Shown: piece after piece, positions 1 to 9,608 of the stretch | How positions within the stretch are numbered: the stretch's first letter is position 1 | Layout of the letters: every line of letters starts with the position of its first letter | Assembly (NCBI GenBank): GCA_963721455.1 | Contig: CAVRJG010000028.1 | Span: 1-25,124, forward strand | Length of the DNA: 25,124 bases | Direction of reading: 5' to 3' | Source of the DNA: an uncultured Methanosarcinaceae archaeon | GTDB lineage: Archaea; Halobacteriota; Methanosarcinia; Methanosarcinales; Methanosarcinaceae | Translations under genes and position numbers: made by a program | The notes under the pieces: generated by a model | Database searches by the model: none | Told to the model about the DNA's origin: nothing | What the model saw: the letters and a program-made list of their open reading frames with translations, nothing else

Positions 1-141
1 GTTTTCAACTTGTTTTGAGGCGTTAGTTTCGAGCATTGGATTTTAAATGTTGTGCTTTGTTGTGGATTTTAGGTAGCGGTACTGCTAAAAAATAAGTTTA
101 TAGTCATTGCTTTTTTATACTATTACTTACATATATACAAT

Positions 142-372
142 TGGTCCATAGGGTCAGTCCCGATGTATGAAGAAGACGTACAAAGAAGATATGTGACTTA
201 AATAAGTAATAACTTGACTAAGTAACTTAAATGGGTAATAACTTAAATAAGTAGTAACTTGACTAAGTAATAACTTGACTAAGTAACTTAAATGAGTAAT
301 AACTTAAATAAGTAGTAAATTGACTGAGTACAGAACTAAATTACATAAAATTGGACCAGACCTTATGGATCA
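142..372. repeat. Imperfect ~20-bp inverted repeat pair bracketing the tandem array
   Basis: 142-160 TGGTCCATAGGGTCAGTCC versus the reverse complement of 353-372, TGATCCATAAGGTCTGGTCC. Confidence 0.6.
196..330. repeat. Tandem array of 9 quasi-palindromic units (13 or 16 bp; core ACTT(A/G)A(A/C)T(A/G)AGTA) with a 61-bp higher-order period
   Basis: Units start at 196, 212, 225, 241, 257, 273, 286, 302 and 318. Units 2-5 (212-272) recur as units 6-9 (273-330). Confidence 0.9.
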
Positions 373-528
373 CTTTAAAAGATTCTAAAAGGCTTTTCTA
401 GTAAATTAATTCCTTATTTTAACTCAATTTTGGTTTTGGATTCTAATTCTTCCAGGTTCCGATTTCATGCTTGTTTTAGCCCGCAGATGCTGTCAGGTAT
501 TTCAAGTTTTCAGCACCCCGCACCCTCA

Positions 529-546
529 CCGGTCGCATGCGACCGG
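529..546. repeat. Perfect 18-bp GC-rich palindrome
   Basis: CCGGTCGCATGCGACCGG is its own reverse complement and lies in AT-rich non-coding DNA. Confidence 0.9.
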
Positions 547-849
547 CTTCCGAAAAAGCCCTTAAAAAGAACCTTGAAGCCTGAATGACGAGTTTTTAAA
601 CCTTTCAAATCCCAATTTATTCATTAAATCATTTCTTATCTGGTTTTATTCTGTCAATCTTAGTTTGTAAGCTGCTTTGTGGCTCTTTTTTTTTCTCTTC
701 GTCTTTTTTTTCTTTTTGGGAAAGGCCGCTCTCCTGCGTCGAGCGTGACAAAAACGACCCGAAATGGCTAATACGGTTGTATGGGTCAGAATATGGAATT
801 TAGGATTTCGAGCCAGTCGTTTATGATTTAGTTTCTTAAGATTTCACTT

Positions 850-2055
850 TTATGAGACCAGTTCTCCTGTGAAGGCTTTCTGTATGAGGACATCGAAGAG
901 ATTATTGATTTCGAGGGTGGATTGCATCTGGGATTCTTTGTTTTTTTCGACTAAGTGTACCATTCAGGCAAATTTGTGTTGAAGTTCAAAAGGTGCAACA
1001 GGGATATTTCAATTGGTCAAAATTTTATGGTCAATATTTTTTTGAGCTGATTTGGGGCAGAATTTTCTAGCACTTCCTGTAAGCATGACTCCAATGTTGT
1101 AGACATTCGGTCTTTACTTTTTCATGTGGTGTAAACCCTACAACACTGCAGGGAAATTAGTCTCCAAGGTTACAACTTCCAGTTTTAGGGGTATTGGCGC
1201 CTACGGTTAGTAAAATGTACCATCTTGCCATATTTTTCTCTGCTTTAGCCCAAACTCGGAATAAGTCTGATTATATTCTGTTATGTAACCTCCTGAATTT
1301 GCAACATTACCTGTTTGAAATAGGGGGTATTTCCCCCCACCAAAACGGGTGCATTTCCAGGTCAATGTTTAGATTTTCCCTTTGTAAAGTTCCAACGTCT
1401 TTAAGCTTTAGAGTTTCCCAATTTTTCGGGTTTTAGCAGGATCTCCAAACATCTCCAAAAACACACTCTGAAGAAGTTTCTGCGTCAACTCATCCGCTTG
1501 TGCCCGAAGTTTTTTCGTTTCTTCGGCTTTTTCGAGGATGGAGACGATTTTTTGCTGGATTTCGAGTGGGGGAAAGGTACTTTAATGTTCTTAACGTCAG
1601 AGTGTGACTATGTCCTTTCATTGTTGACCCGTAGTCGAAGCTGACCAATTTTGCTTCAGCTTGGGAGAGTGTAAATATTTAACGACAAAGCCGGCAAAAT
1701 AAGGGATCTTTAAATATCACCTGTCAAATTTTGGCTCTTCTGGAATTGCTGTTAAGTTAATGCTGATTTCGTAATGCATCTACTCCTTGTCAACGATTAC
1801 GCCCAAAGTTGTTTTGACGACGAAATTAAAGTATGCGCTGTTTATTAACTGTATTCGTCGGTGCATATTTCCGTCAAGAGCAATAAAACGAGTGGTAATT
1901 CTGGCGACTCGTTGTCCAGGGAATTGTTCGATTCTAACTATTGGATTACCAGTTTCTGCCCATTCGGAGGAGTTTGAACCACTTACAATTTATGTAGTCT
2001 CCAGTTAATCTCCCAGCTTCTTCCATTCCCATCCTTCAGGTAGTTTATTTTCCAT
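850..2055 (-). pseudogene. hsdS: Type I R-M specificity subunit HsdS, multiply frameshifted (absent from ORF track)
   Basis: Manual translation: ATG at 2055 gives MENKLPEGWEWKKLGD*. Central conserved region LEIQQKIVSILEKAEETKKLRAQADELTQKLLQSVFLEMFGDP (~1566-1438). TRD2 fragments include YPLFQTGNVANSGGYITEYNQTYSEFGLKQ. C-terminus INNLFDVLIQKAFTGELVS* ends at 850. Starts 11 bp after the hsdR stop. Confidence 0.9.
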
Positions 2056-2066
2056 TTTTCAACCCT

Positions 2067-4923
2067 TCACATAAAAATATCTTTTTCAACGCCTTTGCAG
2101 ATGTCGATGAAGGAATTTAATTCTTCCTGAGTGAACATCGGTAAGGGGGCGGTTGTGCCGAAGTTGGTGAAAGGAGGCTGCCAGAGGGTGAAGTATTCGA
2201 TGTGTTTCTTTTTCAGGAAGACGGTCTGGAGAGTGAGGATGAAGTTGAGCTGGTCTGAAGAATAGTGTTTATTGTTTCCGATTATGTAGGTCTGGAAGGC
2301 ATCTTTGATCAGGGCGTCAGGGGATTGTGAAGAGTAAAGGCCCAGCACCTGGCGGATGAAGTCCACAAGCGAGGCTTTCCGGCTGGGGTAAAGTTTGTCG
2401 AGCCCGGAATTGCCGGAATTCTCAGGGGTGAGGTTTGCGTTCAGGAGGGTTTCTTCGAGCTGTTCAAGGTCGTATTCGGTAAGAGGTTCGTTATTTTTGA
2501 TTTTCCGGACCGCGGGGTGGGTTTCTGCAAGCTCTTTGATGCGGGCTTCGACTTCGCGGCGGTAGGCTTCCACATAGGAGGGGTCTTTTCCGTCCAGATC
2601 TGCCACTCTTTTCGTTCGGCAATGATGTCGCTCATATCGATTACTATCGTTTCCCGCGGCTCTTTTGCCATGTAGGGCATGAGCGGGGCGAGGTCGGAAA
2701 GGAGGAGCTGCACGTCTTCAAAACTCACGGTTTCCCAGAAGGAGCGGGAAAGGACGTTGTCCATCAGGGCTTCTTTTGCACGGACTGAATCAAGGGTGCG
2801 GGGGAGGCGGTCAACCATCTCGGCAATTGAGGTCTTCAGGCGGTCGACTTCTGCTTTGTCATTTTCCAGAAGCGCGTAAGCCAGTTTTTCGCAGCGCAGG
2901 GTGAAGGACGCTTCCTTGAGGTTCACATCAGGCTTGAACTTCATGAGGGGCGTGATTTTCTTTTGCAGGAACTCGACCGGGTCAACCGCTACGTTGTCCC
3001 AAAGCCGTGGCGAAAGCGCCTTTTCCACATCGTGAAGGCGCTCTCGCACGCTTACGGAGTCGTGGGGAAGGGATTTGATATCGGCCATTACCTTCGCTTT
3101 TACCTGCTCGGCGGCTTTTACCGATGCCGGGTCTCTGCGCTGCATCAGTTCTCCGAGCTGCTTGAGCCTGACCATGAAGATGCGGTTTGTTATCGCTTCC
3201 GTAGGCTCGTCCTTCACACCGTCCGGGTTCATGTTCCAGTACTCGAAATTGTTCCAGAAATCAAAGACCTTGAAGTACTCCTTTTTCCCGTCCGGCAGCC
3301 ATTCCCGGTGCTCGCAGGCCCCGTCTGCCCGCGTGCCTCTGCCAAGCATCTGCCAGAACTTGATCTTCGAGAATACCGGCTTTGCAAAGACCAGGTTGCA
3401 GACCTCTGGAACATCGATGCCGGTGTCCAGCATGTCCACGGAAATGGCAACTCTCGGACAGGACTTCGTCTCGAAATCCTTAATAAGCTGCTCTGCTCGC
3501 GGTTCTCGGATACTATTATCCTCGCAAGCAGCCCCTTGTACTCGGGATAAAGCTTCTCGAAAGCCTCGTAGAGCCTCTTTGCATGCATTTTTGAGATCGC
3601 AAAGAAGATCGTCTTTGCAGGCAGGGTTCCTGTCTTGTCCATCAGGCAGTTATCCATAAACTCCCGGACAATGGCTTCTGACGTGCCTTTGACTGCAACC
3701 TTCTTCTCAAGTTCCGTGCCTTCGAAGTTGATCTCGTCAGGATCAATGCCTTTTTTCAGCAGTTCTTCCCGCTCGCCTTCGGTAAGGTCTCCGGGTTTGA
3801 TGCCCTCAATCTGAAAATGTGTCCTTGCTCCTGAGATATTTTTCCTGAAATCGCAAAGTACGCCGTCTCGAACAGCATCCTCATAAGAATAAAGTGCAGT
3901 CGGAATCCCATCTTCACACTCGAAAAAGCGGAATGTATCCCTTTCCACCATATCTGCTGGCGTTGCAGTCAGCCCTATCTGGATTGCATCAAGGTAGGTA
4001 AAAATTCCTTTCCACTTTGAATAAATGGACCTGTGGGATTCGTCCGAAAAAATAAGGTCAAAAGCGCCGGGTGAAATAATGTACCTGCCTTTTCTGTCCT
4101 TCTGGGTATAAATTTCCTGAAAAGTCTGGATTGTAGAAGCGTAAAGCCTTTTGTTTGGGTCATAGTTTCCTGAAAGAATTACCTCTTTTCCCTCTTCCTG
4201 GAAAAACTTCATGAAACCCTTGTCATACGCCTGTTTTCGGAGCGCCTTTCGGTCCGTCAAAAACAGGACTCTCTGGACTCTTCGTTCCCTGATCAACTGG
4301 TCGATAATAGCCATGGCAACCCGGGTCTTTCCGGTGCCTGTTGCCATTACAATAAGAGCCTTCCGGTGCCCTTTGTGTAGATGCTCGACAACTCTTGTAG
4401 CCACTTCAATACTTTTTGCCCGGTCAACAATACTGCCGTCAATGTCGATTTCCGGTTCAGGTTTTGAGTTTTCCCTCTGATAAAACAGCCTCTCAAGATC
4501 TTTCAGAGAATAAAAACCTTTAACTTGCCTTACTCCATACCGTTCCCGGTCCCAGAGCCAGATCTCATACCCGTTGGAGAGAAAAATGAAAACGTCCTTT
4601 CCGGTCTGGGCTTTTATATCGTCAGCATACTCTTCAGCCTGTTTCTGCCCCAGAATCGGATCTTTTGTGGTGCGCTTTGCTTCGATAATCGCAATCGGCT
4701 CTCCGTTACCATCGAGCAGAAGATAATCCGCATATTTGCTTTCAGCATCGTTCTTGCGGGTTTCATTAACTTGCTTATAGTCCTGTTTTTTAAAATCCGA
4801 CTGCTTTGTATCAACTTCAAGGACAACTTTTGACCTGTTACCGACATCCCATCCCTGCTCCTGAAGTAAAATATCTATCTTCTGTTTTCTTGTTTGGAAC
4901 TCATTCAGGTCGAGCATTTTCAC
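2067..4923 (-). CDS. hsdR: Type I restriction endonuclease subunit R (EcoAI/EcoEI-like, ~950 aa), split into three ORFs by two single-base deletions
   Basis: Nuclease motifs ADYLL..IIEAK and QAEEY. Helicase motifs MATGTGKT, DESH, GLTATP, MLDTGID and QMLGRGTR. Adding one C near 3500 and one A near 2610 (gene strand) joins ORFs 3229-4923, 2441-3439 and 2067-2606. Confidence 0.9.
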
Positions 4924-5181
4924 CCTCTAAATGTTTAAATTACTAAAAATCTTTAATCAATTCTATCCGCTTATATAAAAAGATTAGGAATTAAATCCGA
5001 ATGTTCGTTAATTCGTATTCAAACACTCAGATTATTTTTCATAGTATTCAAAAAAAATTAAAAAATTTAAAATAACTTTACTGTTCTAATGTTATAAAAA
5101 TTTTAAAATTGGAGTTAAAAAATATCTATCTTCTGTTTTCTTGTCTGGAACTCATTCAGGTCGAGCATTTTCACCCTCTAA
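4868..5181. repeat. 63-bp direct repeat (4868-4930 and 5119-5181) duplicating the hsdR RBS and first codons
   Basis: AAAATATCTATCTTCTGTTTTCTTGT(T/C)TGGAACTCATTCAGGTCGAGCATTTTCACCCTCTAA occurs twice, 251 bp apart, with one mismatch. Confidence 0.95.
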
Positions 5182-5920
5182 GAGCGTGTCTTAATATTCC
5201 TTTATCATCCGCTTGATGTTTTTATACGAGCCAGTCTTCTAATCATTATATGGATCATCGCAGCATATATGAATGCTTGACTGGATTCTGTCATCCAAAT
5301 CTTGCAACGCGATCGACCCAGCCATCCAAATGTACGCTCTACTACCCATCTATGAGGAAGTACCTTAAAACCTTTGATGTCATCGCTGCGCTTTACGATT
5401 TCCAACATCCAACCACAAACTACTTTGACCCAATCAACCAGTTGACCGGAATAAGCAGCATCAGCCCAAATAAGCTGCAATCGAGAAAATGTCCCCTTAA
5501 TTTGTTCCAGAACAAGTTTAGCCCTATCTCGATCCTGGATATTCGCTGTATGAACTACAACTATCAACAGTAGCCCTATTGTATCCACTAGAATGTGGCG
5601 CTTTCTCCCTTTTACTTTCTTGGCAGCATCATAGCCGCGTACTCCTGGCGTTTCTGTAGTTTTAACTGACTGGCTATCTAAAATTGCAGCACTCGGTTCT
5701 GGTTTTCTTCCATATGCAATTCTCAGTTCAGTTCTCAGTGCAGCATTTATAAGTTCCCAAAATCCAGTAAGTCTCCAAAGACGGAAATAATGGTAGACAG
5801 TTTTCCACGGTGGGAATTCGTGGGGTAACATTCGCCATGCACAACCCCAACGTAGCAAATAAAAGATGGCGTTCAATATTTCTCGATAGGAATGAACGCG
5901 CTTTCTACCTCGATTCGTGC
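5182..5920 (-). mobile_element. Truncated IS5-family element (IS1031-like); only one end present
   Basis: Putative terminal repeat GAGCGTGTCTTAA starts at 5182 after TAA. The transposase is cut at CTAG (5920) by an IS630, and the other IS5 end is not found in the window. Confidence 0.8.
5205..5920 (-). pseudogene. IS5-family DDE transposase, N-terminally truncated
   Basis: Motifs AIFYLLRWGCAWRMLP, LDSQSVK, GRKRHILVD, WADAAY and RWVVERTFGW. The frame stays open upstream (STNRGRKRVHSYREIL) up to the IS630 boundary. The stretch after WLGR looks shortened. Confidence 0.85.
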
Positions 5921-5922
5921 TA

Positions 5923-7177
5923 GTGCATCGATTCCATACTTTTTGAATAAAAATTAATATAATACTTTAATTATAATAATATTTATGGGTCGTATAAGCC
6001 GCCGTTCCAAGTTATCACTTACTAGAGAAGAAGAAGATTACTTGATTAAGTTAAGTAATTCCAGAAGTCAATCAGCAAGCCTTGTTGAACGAGCTAAAAT
6101 TGTGCTTTTAAGTGTTCAGGGAATAAACGATACTGAAATCTCTCTGGAATTAAACGTTGCTTACAATACCGTAAGAACTCGAATACAAAGAGTTTTGGAT
6201 TTTGGAGTTAGAGAAAGCCTGAAGGACAAAAAAGGCGGTGGAAGACCAAGAACTATTACAGACGAATCTCGTGCATGGATGATCAAGATTGCATGTATGA
6301 AACCAAAAGATTTTGGGTATCCACATGAAATATGGACACAGAGACTCTTAACTAAATATGTGCAGAAAAACTGTGTCAAGGAAGGACATCCTGAATTATC
6401 AAAGATAAGTCAGGGAACGATTTCAAAAATCTTGAACGCAAGTAGCATAAAACCACATAAAATCAAGTATTACACCGCCAAAGTGGACCCAGATTTTGAT
6501 GAAAAGGCAACGAAAGTTTTGGGCACATATAAAGAAGTTAAAAAACTAAAAAAAAAATTAAAAAAAAGAAAACGTTAGATAGAGCAATATTTTCATGTGA
6601 TGAAAAAACAGGTATTCAAGCTATTGGGAATAAGTATCCAGATCTGATGCCAGTAGAAGGAAAATATCCTAAGATGGCAAGGGATCATGAGTATATTAGA
6701 CATGGTACTCTTTCATTATTTGCTTGTACTGATCTGATTACTGGGAAAGTTCATCACAAAGTTTTTGAAAAAAATAGAAGTCGTGAGTTTATTGAGATTT
6801 TGAAAGAAATAATTTCAGATTACCAGGATACAAAAATAGTCGTGATTCTTGATAACTACATAATACACATATCAGAAGAAACTAAAAAATATCTAAGTAC
6901 CTTGAAAAAGGGAAAGTTAAAGTTCGTATTCACACCAATACATGGAAGCTGGTTGAATATTATTGAAAGTTTCTTCAGCAAAATGATTAGAAGCTTTTTA
7001 AGGGCAATAAGAGTAGAATCTGTAGAGGAATTGAAGGATAGGATTGCTCAATACATAAATTTACTTAATGAGGAACCTGTGATATTTATGTGGAAATATA
7101 AAGTTGAAGAAAAAGATAAGATTCCTGGTGGAATTGCGATATGAAAAAAATATGCAATTAATTTGGAATCGATGCAC
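5923..7177 (+). mobile_element. IS630-family element A
   Basis: Perfect inverted ends CTAGTGCATCGATTCCA (5920-5936) and TGGAATCGATGCACTAG (7164-7180). TA on both sides in a CTAG context is typical of IS630. Confidence 0.92.
5985..7144 (+). CDS. IS630 transposase in two overlapping frames (HTH ORF 5985-6578, DDE ORF ending 7144)
   Basis: The HTH domain is followed by an A-rich tract at ~6540-6575. The second frame reads AIFSCDEKTGIQA..EYIRHGT..ILDNY..HGSWLNIIE. Confidence 0.88.
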
Positions 7178-7297
7178 TAGGTGCATTGAGCATCCTTATA
7201 GTAATTCTTTTATTCGCTTTCAGTCGTGATTCGGGTAGTAGTTGTCAGAGCAGCAATCCAGTTTGGAAGCCAGATCCCGAGTTATCAAATTCAATTA
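7178..7297 (+). pseudogene. Upstream internal fragment of the IS-interrupted AI-2E transporter gene
   Basis: Reads ALSILIVILLFAF then, after a frameshift, VRAAIQFGSQIPSYQIQL. This aligns with LQLSGRIPSYENQL of the paralog at 9592-10617. Confidence 0.8.
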
Positions 7298-8348
7298 TAG
7301 TTCCTGACTCAGCAAATTACACTTTTTATTTGTGGGCTGAATGTTTCCATCCAGATTCTTTGCAAATGATAATGACTTTTCCACTTTCATAAATTCATTT
7401 TGATGAATATTTCTCAAATGTTCTTTTGATTGAATAAATTTGACCGACACTTCTCTCTCGATCGTTTTCCATACAAATTCTACAGGGTTTAGATCTGGTG
7501 AATAAGGAGGAAGAAACACAAGTATTATTTTTAATTTTCTTGCTTTTCTTATCGTTTTATCAGCATGATGTGACCTTGAATTATCCAGAACAAGAATTAT
7601 TCTCTTCTCTGGATTCTGTTTCACAATTTTTTCCAGGAATTCACATACATTTTCTGCTTTTGAACTTTCCATAAAATCGATGAGATTGCTACCGTTAATT
7701 GAATAAAATGCAAATGCATTTGCTTTTATATAATCCATATTTTTTATCATCACAGGTTTTTTGAATGACCATAACCGTTGAGTATTTGCCTTTGTTTGTG
7801 GTGAAGATTCATCCAGAAAACCTATGATATATTGCTCATCTGGACCAATATATGCTGGAATTGCTTCGGTTAACTTTTTTTAAAATTTCTTCGGCGTTTT
7901 CAGGCCTTCTGTAGTCAAGAGTATATGGTTTAGAGTGATACATTTTAAAATTATGCAGTATAACTCCGATTTGTTTCTGTGAATACTCTACACCATATTT
8001 TTCCTTTATTAGCTCCAAAACTTCTCTGGTAGTCCAATAATCCTTATTTTCCAACAAGGCTCTTAATTCTTCTATTTGCTCATCTGTCAGCTTGGACTTT
8101 CTTCCCCCACTAAAATTTGGTATTAAGGCGGCGTAGCCGCCTTTATTCCAATCATCCTGCCAGTAATATCCTGTTTTCTTAGTCACTCCAACTTTAATAG
8201 CAGCTTCTTCAACAGAGTCTCCCAAATACCTAAATTTGACAAAATAGAGCCTTTTCAGCACTCTTGAATTGTTTTCGTGTTTGATTAAAACGTTGATCTC
8301 AGCGAGAGTTACATTTCGATCAATCGGAATTTGTTCCTTCCCCACCAT
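7295..8348 (-). CDS. IS630 transposase in two frames (HTH ORF 7836-8348, DDE ORF 7295-7753 extending upstream)
   Basis: A-run near 7875-7881. The DDE frame contains GFLDESSPQ, LVLDNSRSH and LPPYSPDLNPVE. Confidence 0.88.
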
Positions 8349-8395
8349 AAAAGAATATAAGCATTAATATGTGTAATAAGTTGTGTTGGAAACTA
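7298..8395 (-). mobile_element. IS630-family element B inserted into the AI-2E gene
   Basis: Imperfect ends TAGTTCCTGACTCAGC and (reverse complement) TAGTTTCCAACACAAC match at 11/16. TA is duplicated at 7296-7297 and 8396-8397. Removing the element restores CAA TTA ACT GCG. Confidence 0.9.
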
Positions 8396-8397
8396 TA

Positions 8398-9132
8398 ACT
8401 GCGTTCGTGGACAGTTTTGCAAAACATATTCCTTCATACGAAGGTTTTTCCGTGCAATCAATTGTTCGCGGTATCGTGACGATCACGATTTCTCTCATGG
8501 TGAGCATCGTTAATGGGATTGTAAACGCCGGGACAACAGCCGGAATCGTTATAGTCACAGCAGCATTTTTGCTAATAGATGCCGCCAATGCTCCTGAGAA
8601 AATAAATCAGGAAATTGGAAATCAATCCGAACTCAGATTGAGGCTGAGTAAATTTAGCAGGAAGCTGGTAAAATTCATTGTTATAAGAGCGGAGATAAAC
8701 ATTATCACAGCCTTCGTAATTGCTCTCCTTCTCTTTATCGGAGGCATTGACTTTGCTATTCTCTGGGGGGTCCTTATATTCCTGTTAAGTTATATCCCCT
8801 ATATTGGTCTGGTTATAGCTTCTATTCCTCCCATAGTGCTTGCGCTTTTTAAATATGGGCCTTTAGGTGCTCTCGCAGTCATTGTCATTATCTTTGCTGT
8901 CGACGCGCTTGCAGAAAATGTTCTTTTCCCGTCACTTATGGGAAAAGGCCTGCAATTGTCTCCTGCTTTTTTGTTTCTTGCTCTTATCTACTGGAATTTC
9001 GTATTTGGACTCGGAGGTGTGCTGCTTTCCATACCTCTTACGATCATTTTGAAGATTTTACTTGAGAGTTTTGAGGAAACAAAATGGATAGCCAGATTGA
9101 TGGGACCAGCGGAACACATCGACGACAGTTAA
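8398..9132 (+). pseudogene. AI-2E family transporter, 3' part (gene interrupted by IS630-B and missing its 5' end)
   Basis: Motifs LSYIPYIG, ENVLFPSLMGKGLQLSP and GVLLSIPLT. The first codons of ORF 8383 come from the IS. Confidence 0.85.
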
Positions 9133-9392
9133 AAACCAGTCAAATTGCGTTTTCTTCTTTGTCAAATCTTAATTTTAATATTATATATGATAATTCATAT
9201 ATATTTTAAATTTTATATATCATTTAGACCACAGTGCTGCAACTGTTTTTTTGACTGGAGAGTTCTCGATAAGGGAAGAAAGATACCGGGGGCATATGGG
9301 AGATCGCGTGGATGATTCATATGACACCTGCCGCCCTGGAACAGTGTAACGAGAACTGGACAGCAGAGCAGAATTGTTAATGGGGGAATAAA

Positions 9393-9608
9393 TTGGATGA
9401 AATAATTTTTGAACCGGTGCAGCTCTTAGTCATCGTATTCGATAATCCGAGTTTCGAAGCTATCCCTGAAGGTACTGCTGCTGCTATTCTTATTATCGAA
9501 CACCTCTGGGCAAAGAGCCTGAAACAGGCAATCCGGGGTGCAGGTGGAGTACTTGTGTCCCAGGGTATGTTCACGATTGGGGGATGTAAACATAAATGCA
9601 AATACTAG
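9393..9608 (+). pseudogene. DUF6325-like protein remnant with an in-frame internal deletion
   Basis: N-terminal PVQLLVIVFDNPSF is joined directly to C-terminal IPEGTAAAILIIEHLWAKSLKQAIRGAGGVLVSQG. Family recognised from memory. Confidence 0.6.

Noticed and set aside
196-330. CRISPR array
   Set aside because: Units are 13-16 bp and contiguous with no unique spacers, and no cas genes are present.
1095-1210. Integron attC-like ends (GTTGTAGAC, GCCTACGGTTAG)
   Set aside because: These lie within the hsdS TRD2 coding remnant on the minus strand.
1194-2008. Plus-strand ORFs 1194-1436 and 1787-2008
   Set aside because: Antisense to hsdS with no recognisable motifs.
2679-4833. Several plus-strand ORFs
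   Set aside because: Antisense shadows of hsdR.
8383-8397. TTG start of the AI-2E ORF
   Set aside because: It lies in the IS630-B terminal repeat and is not the native start.
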